Source of the DNA: an uncultured Chloroflexia bacterium
GTDB lineage: Bacteria; Chloroflexota; Limnocylindria; Limnocylindrales; CSP1-4
Reading direction: 5' to 3'
Length of the DNA: 64,000 nt
NCBI GenBank assembly: GCA_963712745.1
Contig: CAVQJC010000020.1
Location: 192,001 to 256,000, forward strand
The notes beneath the pieces are model-generated. The model searched no databases. It saw only the letters and a list, made by a program, of their open reading frames with translations, and was not told where the DNA came from. Position 1 is the first letter of the stretch. Every line of letters starts with the position of its first letter. The position numbers were made by a program, and so were the translations under genes. Shown here piece by piece: positions 56,315-64,000 of the stretch.

Positions 56315-58024
56315 ATGAGCGACTTTCCCCACGCCTCAGATTTCGAGTCGCTGATCGGCATCCTCGATGATGCGGCCGAACGCTGGCCCTCCGATAGGGT
56401 CATGTACGGGCTGCGTACCGACCACGGCATCGAGCTGGGGTGGACGGCACGTGAGATGCAGCGGCGCTCGATGCTGGCGGCCTGGCGGCTGCGGGCGGCC
56501 GGCCTTGAGGTGGGGGACCGGCTGCTCACGTGGTCGCCTTCCACGCCGCGCCTGCCCGCCGTCTACTGGGGCGCGATGCGTGCCGGGGTCATCATCGTGC
56601 CCATCGACCTGCGCATGACCGCGAACGTGGTCCAGCGCATCGCGGACCGGGCAGAGACGACCTGGCTGGCGATCGATGAGGGCTATGATGCGCCCGATCC
56701 TGCGGAGTTCGGCCTCGAGCAGCTGCAGGCCATGAAGCTGGCCGAACTGACCTCGGATCCCGAGGTGGACTGGCCGGACGACTGGGAGGCACAGGTCCGC
56801 TCGTGGCCACAGCCCGGTCGCGACTCGCTCTTCGAGATCCACTTCACCTCGGGCACCACGGCCGCACCCAAGGGCGTCCTGCTGACGCACGGCAACTTCC
56901 TCTCCTCGATGGGCATGTTCACCGACCTCATCAAGGAGCGCCACTGGCGGACCGTCTCCATCCTGCCCCTCTCCCACCTGCTCGAGCAGATCGGGACCCT
57001 GTACACGGGGACGATGCTGGGAGCAGAAGTGATCTACGTTCGTTCGCGCAACACCCGCATCATCCTCGAGGTCATGCGCGACCTGAAGGTCAATGCCATC
57101 GTCGTCACGCCGCAGCTGCTGGAGCTCTTCTGGGGCGGCCTCATGCGCGAGGCCCGCAAGCGTGGCCGCGAGTCCCTCGTCGAGCGCGGCCGACGCATCG
57201 CCCGCCATCTCCCCTATCGGTTGCGTCGACTGATGTTCCGCCCGCTCCACGCACCGATGGGCGGTGCGCTCGAGTTGATCGTCTCTGCCGGTGCCTATCT
57301 GCCCCCGGAGCTCCAGGTGGCCTGGGAAGAGATCGGCATCCCCGTCGTGCAGGGGTACGGCTCGACGGAGGTCGGCTTCGCGGTGGCCAACGATGAGTGG
57401 CGCCACCCGCCGGGCCTCGTCGGACGGATGCACGCCGACACCAAGGTGAGGATCGACCCGGACACCGGCGAGATCCAGGTCTACGGCCCCAACGTGTCGG
57501 CCGGGTACTGGCGCGACGAGGAGAACACTCGCGCGTCGCGCACCGAAGACGACTGGTACAGGACCGGTGACACCGGCGAGTTCACCGAGTCGGGTGACCT
57601 CAGGCTGTCCGGCCGGCTGAAGAACATGATCGTCCTGCCCAACGGGCTCAACGTCTTTCCCGAGGACATCGAGGTTGCCCTGGCCGAGCACGGTCTGGCC
57701 CAGACCGTCGTGCTCGAGACGGAGCCCGGCCGCATCGAGGCGGTGGTGCTACCGCCCGGCTCGGTGCCCATCCTGCGCGCCGACCAGGAGGTGGCCAACG
57801 ACCGTGAGGCCGACGACGATCTGCGCGCGGAGATCGATGCCATCGTCAAGGCCGCCAACGGGGACCTGGGGGTGCATCAGCGCATCGCCGCCTGGCGGCT
57901 GTGGCCGGGGAGGGACTTCCCCCGCACCCACACCATGAAGATCCGCCGCAACGAGGTGCGCGAGTGGGCCGGCGGCGATGCGGTCGTGCTGCAGGTACAC
58001 GAAGCCGAGGACGACGGCGAGTAG
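56315..58024 (+). CDS. Long-chain fatty acid--CoA ligase (AMP-binding)
   Basis: Motifs FTSGTT..PKGV.LTH.N, SILPLSH, QGYGSTE, WYRTGD.G, GRLKNMIV..NG.NV.PE.IE, T.T.KI.R. Confidence 0.9.
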   Translation: MSDFPHASDFESLIGILDDAAERWPSDRVMYGLRTDHGIELGWTAREMQRRSMLAAWRLRAAGLEVGDRLLTWSPSTPRLPAVYWGAMRAGVIIVPIDLRMTANVVQRIADRAETTWLAIDEGYDAPDPAEFGLEQLQAMKLAELTSDPEVDWPDDWEAQVRSWPQPGRDSLFEIHFTSGTTAAPKGVLLTHGNFLSSMGMFTDLIKERHWRTVSILPLSHLLEQIGTLYTGTMLGAEVIYVRSRNTRIILEVMRDLKVNAIVVTPQLLELFWGGLMREARKRGRESLVERGRRIARHLPYRLRRLMFRPLHAPMGGALELIVSAGAYLPPELQVAWEEIGIPVVQGYGSTEVGFAVANDEWRHPPGLVGRMHADTKVRIDPDTGEIQVYGPNVSAGYWRDEENTRASRTEDDWYRTGDTGEFTESGDLRLSGRLKNMIVLPNGLNVFPEDIEVALAEHGLAQTVVLETEPGRIEAVVLPPGSVPILRADQEVANDREADDDLRAEIDAIVKAANGDLGVHQRIAAWRLWPGRDFPRTHTMKIRRNEVREWAGGDAVVLQVHEAEDDGE

Positions 58025-58038
58025 CGCGCAGGCGGCTC

Positions 58039-58617
58039 CTACTTCTGGACCTCGACCGGCGTGCCCACCGCGGCCATGGCGTCGAACACGGCCTCTGCTC
58101 GAGCCGGATCGTCCGAGCGGCGGCTCGACCAGTTGGTGAAGATGACCGTGTCGCCCAGGACGCTCACCGAGAACTGGGTGTCGGCCACGTAATTGGTCTG
58201 CCCGAAACCCGAGGACAGGTAGTCGGCCAGGTCCTGGCCACGGTCGATGGCCGCGCCGGTGTCCTCTGCCTGGTAGACGACGACGAACGCGTCGTCGGGA
58301 TCGGCTAGTGCAGCCCGCCGGATGACGCGCGGCAGCTGCAGGAGCGACGGCGGCTCCGACGGACGGAAGGCGGCGGCTGGGTCTTCGAGCCGCTCGCCGA
58401 GGGCGCCCACGGCCGCAGCCAGCTCGTCGAGCGTCGATGCCACCGAGGCGTCGAACGAGCGCATCGGGGTGGGTAGCGCCACCTCGTCGGACTGCACGGT
58501 GGGACGGTCGACGCTGGTGCAGGCGACCAGCGTGGCGCTGGCCGCCAGGACCAGGACCGCCGACCGTGCCAGGAGCGACGCGCGTGTGAGGCCACGCGCT
58601 CGCCGTGCCGCCGTCAA
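58039..58617 (-). CDS. Putative lipoprotein
   Basis: Basic N-region, hydrophobic stretch and lipobox LVAC; the TTG overlaps the HIT stop. Confidence 0.7.
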   Translation of the reverse strand: MTAARRARGLTRASLLARSAVLVLAASATLVACTSVDRPTVQSDEVALPTPMRSFDASVASTLDELAAAVGALGERLEDPAAAFRPSEPPSLLQLPRVIRRAALADPDDAFVVVYQAEDTGAAIDRGQDLADYLSSGFGQTNYVADTQFSVSVLGDTVIFTNWSSRRSDDPARAEAVFDAMAAVGTPVEVQK

Positions 58618-58970
58618 CCTGGCGGCCACGCCATGCGCCGCCCGCCGATGAGGTGGAAGTGCAGGTGCGGCACCGACTGGCCGCCATCGGGGCCCACGTT
58701 GGTGATCACGCGATAGCCCCGCTCGGGCAGGTCGGCCGCCTTCGCCAGCGCGGCGGCCACGTCGAAGATCCGTCCCAGCATCGCAGCGTCACTCTCGGCC
58801 AGCTCGGCCGCCGACTCCACGTGGCGGCGCGGGACGATCAACTGGTGCACCGGCGCCACCGGGTTGATGTCGTTGAAGGCCACCACCACGTCGTCCTCAT
58901 GAACGGTGTCGGACGGGATGTCGCCCGCGATGATCTTGCAGAACAGACAGGTCTCGTCGGTCACTGGCAT
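58614..58970 (-). CDS. Histidine triad (HIT/Hint) nucleotide-binding protein
   Basis: Motifs CLFCKII.G.IP, AF.DINP.AP.H, N.G..GGQSV.HLHFH..GGR...WPPG. Confidence 0.95.
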   Translation of the reverse strand: MPVTDETCLFCKIIAGDIPSDTVHEDDVVVAFNDINPVAPVHQLIVPRRHVESAAELAESDAAMLGRIFDVAAALAKAADLPERGYRVITNVGPDGGQSVPHLHFHLIGGRRMAWPPG

Positions 58971-58981
58971 CTCCCTCCCGG

Positions 58982-59467
58982 CTAGAACGTAGGTTTGCTC
59001 ATCATGAGCCACCCGATGACGCCGATGGCGGTGGCCATGCCGTAGCTGATGTACCGCTGCCGTCGAGCGCGAACACGCCAGCGCTCCTTCTCCTCTTCGG
59101 TCGAGGCCTCCTTGAGTCCCAGCAGCCGGCGAACGCCGGGCCGCTGTACGAAGAAGGCCACCGCCAGGATGAGCGCGTAGATGGTGAGCGCCAGCAGCAA
59201 CCAGGGCTGCTGGAGGAAGGCAGAGCCGAGCACCAGGAGCATGCCGATGCCGGTGATGGCCACGCCGGCACCGATGATGACCGTGCCGTGAGCTTCCAGC
59301 CAGACGAGCAAGCGGACGAAGCGGCCCGACTGCCCGCCCACCATCGGTTCGCCGTCGACACCGCGAGTGCGCATGGTGAAGGGCAGCAGGAATGCAGGCA
59401 CGAAGAGCGAGATGGCGAGGACGATGTGCGCAGTCAGTAGCACCGGGAAGAGTTCGGCCGGTATCAC
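58982..59467 (-). CDS. DUF2269-like integral membrane protein
   Basis: LLTAHIVLAI start, four TM helices, C-terminal LMMSKP; GTGA overlap with prmA. Confidence 0.7.
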   Translation of the reverse strand: MIPAELFPVLLTAHIVLAISLFVPAFLLPFTMRTRGVDGEPMVGGQSGRFVRLLVWLEAHGTVIIGAGVAITGIGMLLVLGSAFLQQPWLLLALTIYALILAVAFFVQRPGVRRLLGLKEASTEEEKERWRVRARRQRYISYGMATAIGVIGWLMMSKPTF

Positions 59468-60432
59468 GGACGGGGGCGCTCCAGGTCGAGGGCGACCCAC
59501 TCGGTCTCCTGTTCGCGGCGCACGACGCGCAGGCCGGCCGCCGCGAAAGCCCGGCGCACCTCGGGCTCGCGGTCGATGAAGATGCCCGAAGCGAGCAGGC
59601 GGCCGCCGCTGTGCGACGTGCCATCAGCGGGCCGGACGGCAGCGCTCAGGTGCGCAGCCAGCTGGACCAGGAGGCTGGCCACGAGGTTGGCGAAGACGAG
59701 GTCGAACGGACCCTCGTCGATGGGCAGGCTGCCCCCGCGCGCGTCGATGGCCACGCCGTTGCGGGCGGCGTTCTCAAGCGTCGACTCGACGGCGATGGGG
59801 TCGGTGTCGACCGCCCGTACCGAAGCGGCGCCGAGCAGCGCCGCAGCCACGCCCAGGATGCCTGAGCCTGAGCCGACGTCCAAGACCGAGGCGCCACTGA
59901 CCAGGCGCTCGTCGGCCCAGTGCTCGAGCCCGAGCAGGCATAGCCGCGTGGTGGGGTGCAGCCCGGTGCCGAAGGCCATACCCGGGTCCAGGGCGATGAT
60001 GACGTCGTCCGGCGCCGCCTCGAACTCGCGCCAGGTCGGCTTGATGACGATGCGCGAACCGAGGCGCATGACCGGGAAGTGCTCCTTCCAGGCGCTGGCC
60101 CAGTCCTCCTCGTGGACCTCACGGACCTGCAGCTGGCCGATCGGGCGCAGTTCGAAGGCGGTGAGATGGCCCAGCCGCTCTCGCGCACTCGCGATGGCGG
60201 CCTGCGCCGCGACCATGTCGATGGCCGGAAGGTAGGCGCGGATGGTCACCGGCGCGTCGGGGACGGGTGACGCCACCAGGCCTTCCCGCTCGGTCGTGAA
60301 CGGCTGCTCCACGGAGACACCCCCACCGGCATCGCGGGAGAGGATCTCGCTCACGGCCTCGGCGGCTTCGGGATCGCATGCGATCGACAGCTCGAGCCAG
60401 GTGCCGGCGGCGGATGTGCCCTCGTCGGTCAC
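59464..60432 (-). CDS. prmA: Ribosomal protein L11 methyltransferase
   Basis: Motifs EEDW...WK, LDPGMAFGTGLHPTT.LCL, VLDVGSGSGIL, ANL.A, SGI. Confidence 0.95.
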   Translation of the reverse strand: MTDEGTSAAGTWLELSIACDPEAAEAVSEILSRDAGGGVSVEQPFTTEREGLVASPVPDAPVTIRAYLPAIDMVAAQAAIASARERLGHLTAFELRPIGQLQVREVHEEDWASAWKEHFPVMRLGSRIVIKPTWREFEAAPDDVIIALDPGMAFGTGLHPTTRLCLLGLEHWADERLVSGASVLDVGSGSGILGVAAALLGAASVRAVDTDPIAVESTLENAARNGVAIDARGGSLPIDEGPFDLVFANLVASLLVQLAAHLSAAVRPADGTSHSGGRLLASGIFIDREPEVRRAFAAAGLRVVRREQETEWVALDLERPRP

Positions 60433-60464
60433 GGACGGTCGCTCCGCCGCCGCGTCAGATGCGC

Positions 60465-61634
60465 TCAGCTGATGGCGTCCTTGATGCGGTCGCCGAGCGA
60501 GCGCTTGCCGTGCCTCGTACGGGGGCCGTCGGCAGGCCTGGTCTCACCGTCGCTGCTGAGCTCGCCGGACTCCGCCGCCAGCTCTTCGAGCAGCTCGCGC
60601 TGCCGGTCGGACAGGCGCGTGGGCACCTTGATGTCAACGAGCACATGCAGGTCGCCGCGAGCGCCGGCCCGGCGCAGGTGCGGCACACCCTTGCCGCGGA
60701 GACGGATCTCGGAACCGGGCTGCGTGCCCGCCTTGACCTCGAGGATCTCCTCGCCGTCAGGGGTCACGATGGGGATGGCCGCCCCGAGCGCCGCCTGTGT
60801 CATCGACAGCGGAAGCTCCATGTACAGCTCGGTGCCGTCGCGCTTCAGCACGGGGTGCTCTTCGACATGGGTGACGACGTAGAGGTTGCCGGGAGTACCG
60901 CCTCTGGGGGCCGCCTCCCCTTCCCCGGTCAGACGGATCTGGTGGCCGTCGTCGATGCCGGCCGGGACGTTCACCCGCAGCGTGCGCGTGCGCTCCGAGC
61001 GGCCATCACCCTTGCAGGTCGGGCAAGGCTTGTCGACGACCTGTCCGCTGCCGCGGCAGCGTCCGCAGGGCGTGACGTTGACCATCTGGCCGAGCAGCGT
61101 GTTGCGCACCTCGCGAACCTCGCCGCTGCCATCGCACTGGGAGCAGGCGGTCGGTTCAGAACCCGCCTCCGCTCCCGAGCCCTCGCAGGTGGCGCAGGTG
61201 TCGAGGGAGGTGAAGGTCAGCTCCTTCTCTGCTCCGGCGATGGCCTCGTCGAACGTCAGCTGCAGGTCATAGCGGAGGTCTGCACCGGCCGGCCGACGGG
61301 TCCGGCGGGCACCACCGGCGGCAGCCCCACCGAAGAAAGCGTCGAAGATGTCACCGAAGCCCTGGAAGCCGCCGAACGGCCCGTAGCCCTCCGCCCCGGC
61401 CCCGGTGCCACCCACGCCGGCCCGGCCGAACATGTCGTACTGCTGCCGGCGCTGCGGGTCGGAGAGGACCTGGTAGGCCTCGTTGATCTCCTTGAAGCGC
61501 GCATCGGCATCAGGGTCGGTGTTGACGTCGGGGTGCCATTGCTGGGCCAGCTTGCGGAAGGAACGCTTGATCTCTTCGTCGCTGGCACCTCGCTCAAGCC
61601 CCAGGATCTGGTAGTAGTCGCGGGTCGTGGCCAT
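60465..61634 (-). CDS. dnaJ: Chaperone DnaJ
   Basis: J-domain with HPD, G/F-rich region, four CxxCxGxG zinc-finger repeats. Confidence 0.97.
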   Translation of the reverse strand: MATTRDYYQILGLERGASDEEIKRSFRKLAQQWHPDVNTDPDADARFKEINEAYQVLSDPQRRQQYDMFGRAGVGGTGAGAEGYGPFGGFQGFGDIFDAFFGGAAAGGARRTRRPAGADLRYDLQLTFDEAIAGAEKELTFTSLDTCATCEGSGAEAGSEPTACSQCDGSGEVREVRNTLLGQMVNVTPCGRCRGSGQVVDKPCPTCKGDGRSERTRTLRVNVPAGIDDGHQIRLTGEGEAAPRGGTPGNLYVVTHVEEHPVLKRDGTELYMELPLSMTQAALGAAIPIVTPDGEEILEVKAGTQPGSEIRLRGKGVPHLRRAGARGDLHVLVDIKVPTRLSDRQRELLEELAAESGELSSDGETRPADGPRTRHGKRSLGDRIKDAIS

Positions 61635-61747
61635 GCAAGGGGGGAGTATAGGGAAGGTAGGCCCGTTGGCTCTGCGACGAGCAGTCGGCCCTCGATCTCG
61701 TTCGCCAGTCCGGGAATCGACTATGCCGTGGCTGCTGCCTTCCTTGC

Positions 61748-62764
61748 TCACCTGACCGGTGCTCCCGCCTCGATGGCGTCGGTGCGGATGCAGGCGACCG
61801 CGCCCTGACCGTCGACGACCTCCAGCCGCGGGTCGACCTCGGCGCACGCGTCGATGGCCCAGGGACAGCGCGTGCGGAAGCGGCAGCCTGCCGGTGGCGA
61901 GATGGGGCTGGGGATGTCGACCTCGAGCAGCAGCGGCTCGCGTGCTCGCCCCCCGGGTTCGGCCGATGGGATGGCCGATAGGAGCGCCTTGGTGTACGGG
62001 TGTCTCGGCGAGCGGTAGAGCGAGTCTCGAGTAGCCGTCTCCACGATGCGGCCGAGGTACATCACCAGCACCTGGTGGCTCATGTACTCCACGGCTGCGA
62101 GGTCGTGAGCGATGAACAGGTAGGTCAGGCCCAGCTCGCGCTGCAGGCGGCGCAGCAGGTTCATGATCTGCGATTGCACCGAGACATCGAGCGAGGAGAC
62201 CGGCTCGTCGAGGATGATCAGCTCCGGCTCACACGCCAGCGCCCGGGCGATGCCGACGCGTTGGCGCTGGCCGCCCGACAGCTCATGGGGATAGCGGTCG
62301 GCGAAGCGGGCGCTCAGGCCGACCAGGTCCAGCAGCTCCTCGACGCGCGTCCGACGAGCACCCGATCCCCTGTGCAAGCCGTGGATCTCGAGCGGCTCGC
62401 GCACGCTGGCACCCACCGATCGGCGCGGGTTCAACGAGGCATTGGGATCCTGGAAGACCATCGTGGTCTTGGTGCGCAGTCGGCGCAGGCTGGCGCGGCT
62501 GAAGTCGACCTCCTCGCCGTCGAGTCGGACGCGTCCGCCCGTCGGCCGCACCAGGCCCAGCAGGGACAGTCCGATGGTGGACTTGCCGCTGCCCGACTCA
62601 CCCACCAACCCCAGGGTCTGACCGCACTCGATGGTGAACGAGACGCCGTCCACCGCGCGCACGAAGGCCTGCGTCCGGCCCAACGACCCCCCGCCGACGG
62701 GGAAGTGGACCTGCAGATCGATGGCCTCCAGCAGCAGGGTGCCGGAACCGGGCACGCTCGTCAT
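61748..62764 (-). CDS. Oligopeptide/dipeptide ABC transporter ATPase (OppF/DppF-like)
   Basis: Motifs GESGSGKST, FQDP..SLNPR, YPHELSGGQRQR, DEPVSSLDVS, HPYT.ALL, C-terminal GCRFRTRC. Confidence 0.92.
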   Translation of the reverse strand: MTSVPGSGTLLLEAIDLQVHFPVGGGSLGRTQAFVRAVDGVSFTIECGQTLGLVGESGSGKSTIGLSLLGLVRPTGGRVRLDGEEVDFSRASLRRLRTKTTMVFQDPNASLNPRRSVGASVREPLEIHGLHRGSGARRTRVEELLDLVGLSARFADRYPHELSGGQRQRVGIARALACEPELIILDEPVSSLDVSVQSQIMNLLRRLQRELGLTYLFIAHDLAAVEYMSHQVLVMYLGRIVETATRDSLYRSPRHPYTKALLSAIPSAEPGGRAREPLLLEVDIPSPISPPAGCRFRTRCPWAIDACAEVDPRLEVVDGQGAVACIRTDAIEAGAPVR

Positions 62765-62849
62765 GCTGCGCCCCCTCCCGGCTCCCGCGCTGGGATCGAG
62801 TAGAACGAGCGCACGAAGTGGCCGGGAGCGACTTTCGGCGTTCAATCTA

Positions 62850-63761
62850 GTGACGTACTCGATCGTCGCGCGCGACCCCCGCAGCGGAGAGATCGGTGTT
62901 GCCGTCGCCACCGCCTGGCCCGGTGCAGGCGCGGTCGTGCCCTGGCTGGAACCAGGCGTGGGCGCCGTGGCCACGCAGTCGTTCACCAACATCGACCTGG
63001 GGCCCCGCGGCCTGGCCCTGCTCCGCGGCGGGCGCCCCGCCCCGGACGCATTGACCGAGCTCCTCAGGGCCGACCGGGGCCGGGACATGCGCCAGGTCGG
63101 ACTGGTCGACGCGACCGGACGCTCGGCGGCTCATACGGGGGATCGCTGCGTGGCCGAGGCGGGCCACGTCTGCGCAGCGGGGGTCAGCGTCCAGGCCAAC
63201 ATGCTCGAACGCGCAGATGTCTGGCTGGCCATGCTGGATACGTTCGGTCGTGCCCGCGGCGACCTGGCCGACCGGCTCGCGGCCACGCTTCACGCCGCTG
63301 AACAGGTCGGCGGTGACATCCGCGGCAGCCGGTCGGCGGCATTGCTGGTCGCGCCCGGCGCAGCCACGGAGCAACCGTGGGCTCGCCGCTTCGACCTGCG
63401 CGTGGAGGCGGCCGACCGGCCGCTCGAGGTAATCGGCCGCTTTCTGCGAGTCGCCCGCGCATACGAGGCTCTGGCGTCCGCCAGCGAGGCAGCAGAGGCG
63501 GGTGAACTCGCGGCCGCGCTCGAATACACCTCGGCGGCCCATGAGCTGGCACCGGACGAGGCCCAAGTCGGCTACTGGCACGCCCTGGCCCTGGTCGCGA
63601 ATGGGAGGCCGGACGAGGCCGGGCCCCTGCTGGATGCCGCGCTGGACTCCGAACCTCGACTCGCGGAGTTCGGGCGCCGCTTCACCGAGGCCGGCCATGG
63701 CGGAGCGCTGGCCTCGGCCATGGCCGCGGTGCGTCGGCGGACCCCACCCGCGCGCGAGTAG
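62850..63761 (+). CDS. DUF1028 (Ntn-hydrolase-like) protein with a C-terminal TPR-like region
   Basis: Motifs TYSIVARD..SGE.GVAV, GVGAVATQS, RQ...VD..G..AAHTG..C, GGDIRG..SAALLV, DLRV. Confidence 0.85.
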   Translation: MTYSIVARDPRSGEIGVAVATAWPGAGAVVPWLEPGVGAVATQSFTNIDLGPRGLALLRGGRPAPDALTELLRADRGRDMRQVGLVDATGRSAAHTGDRCVAEAGHVCAAGVSVQANMLERADVWLAMLDTFGRARGDLADRLAATLHAAEQVGGDIRGSRSAALLVAPGAATEQPWARRFDLRVEAADRPLEVIGRFLRVARAYEALASASEAAEAGELAAALEYTSAAHELAPDEAQVGYWHALALVANGRPDEAGPLLDAALDSEPRLAEFGRRFTEAGHGGALASAMAAVRRRTPPARE

Positions 63762-63816
63762 CCTCCCCACGCTCGGACCCACGGCGCCGGAAGGAGAGCC
63801 GTATGCTCGAGCCGAG

Positions 63817-64000
63817 ATGGACTCGATCACGGTTTCCGCTGCCGCGGCGCGTCGCTTCCTCGTGCAGCGCCACCTCCTCGCGCCGGCGCGTTCGCAGCCG
63901 CCCGGGCTCGACGGCGTGCGCGCGGTCTTCGACCGCCTGGGCTCGATCCAGTTCGACCCGCTGGCGGTGGCCGGCCGCAACCACGACCTCGTGCTCCACG
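63817..64000 (+). CDS. YcaQ/DUF1006 winged-helix DNA crosslink-repair family protein, N-terminal fragment
   Basis: MDSITVSAAAARRFLV...RLGSIQFDPLAVAGRNHDLVLH contains the QxD motif; the ORF runs off the window end. Confidence 0.8.
   Translation, partial: MDSITVSAAAARRFLVQRHLLAPARSQPPGLDGVRAVFDRLGSIQFDPLAVAGRNHDLVLH

Noticed and set aside
63781-63801. CCGGAAGG resembling SRP RNA domain IV
   Set aside because: It lacks the flanking CAGG/AGCAG internal-loop motif and the long enclosing helix.
1-64000. tRNA, rRNA, CRISPR, integrase/transposase or prophage genes
   Set aside because: No cloverleaf, repeat-spacer array or recombinase/transposase motifs were recognised by eye. tRNAscan-SE and Infernal runs would be needed to exclude small RNAs fully.

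Overview
High-GC bacterial chromosomal window of mostly housekeeping genes, most consistent with Chloroflexota. That assignment is inferred from the stand-alone SWIM protein and the Firmicutes-like rpsU-yqeY-pgpH-ybeY and pth-mfd gene orders, and is not proven. In order, the window holds: a partial ECF sigma factor, hom-thrC-thrB-ask-birA, trpS, an AI-2E transporter with surE, and two phytoene-desaturase/PYROXD2-like FAD oxidoreductases divergent from a GcvT-like gene. Next come vapBC, a cobalamin-riboswitch-controlled BtuFCD transporter and a secreted zincin protease. A GDP-mannose locus (pgi/pmi, pmm, manC) is interleaved with two [sulfotransferase + GT4] pairs. Then follow metK, an apt-mtnA-like-GNAT-ahcY operon, coxD-coxE-xdhC, yihY, mfd, pth and an ApbE/ferric-reductase module with a two-component system. 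The window ends with ybeY-pgpH-yqeY-rpsU, a fatty acyl-CoA ligase, HIT-prmA-dnaJ, an orphan oppF, DUF1028 and a partial ycaQ. No rRNA, tRNA, CRISPR array, transposase or phage gene was seen. Many genes carry single-base frameshifts, including the normally essential pth, which is most simply explained by long-read assembly error. The best candidates for undescribed biology are: (1) a catalytically degenerate MtnA/eIF2B-like protein coupled to a GNAT and ahcY; (2) two sulfotransferase-glycosyltransferase modules around manC; (3) a signal-peptide-less ApbE with a ferric reductase and two small membrane-anchored proteins that lack the canonical flavinylation motif; (4) the FAD-oxidoreductase pair plus the GcvT-like gene; (5) a divergent CDP-alcohol-phosphotransferase-like membrane protein. 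All family calls come from motif recognition by eye; no database search was run.
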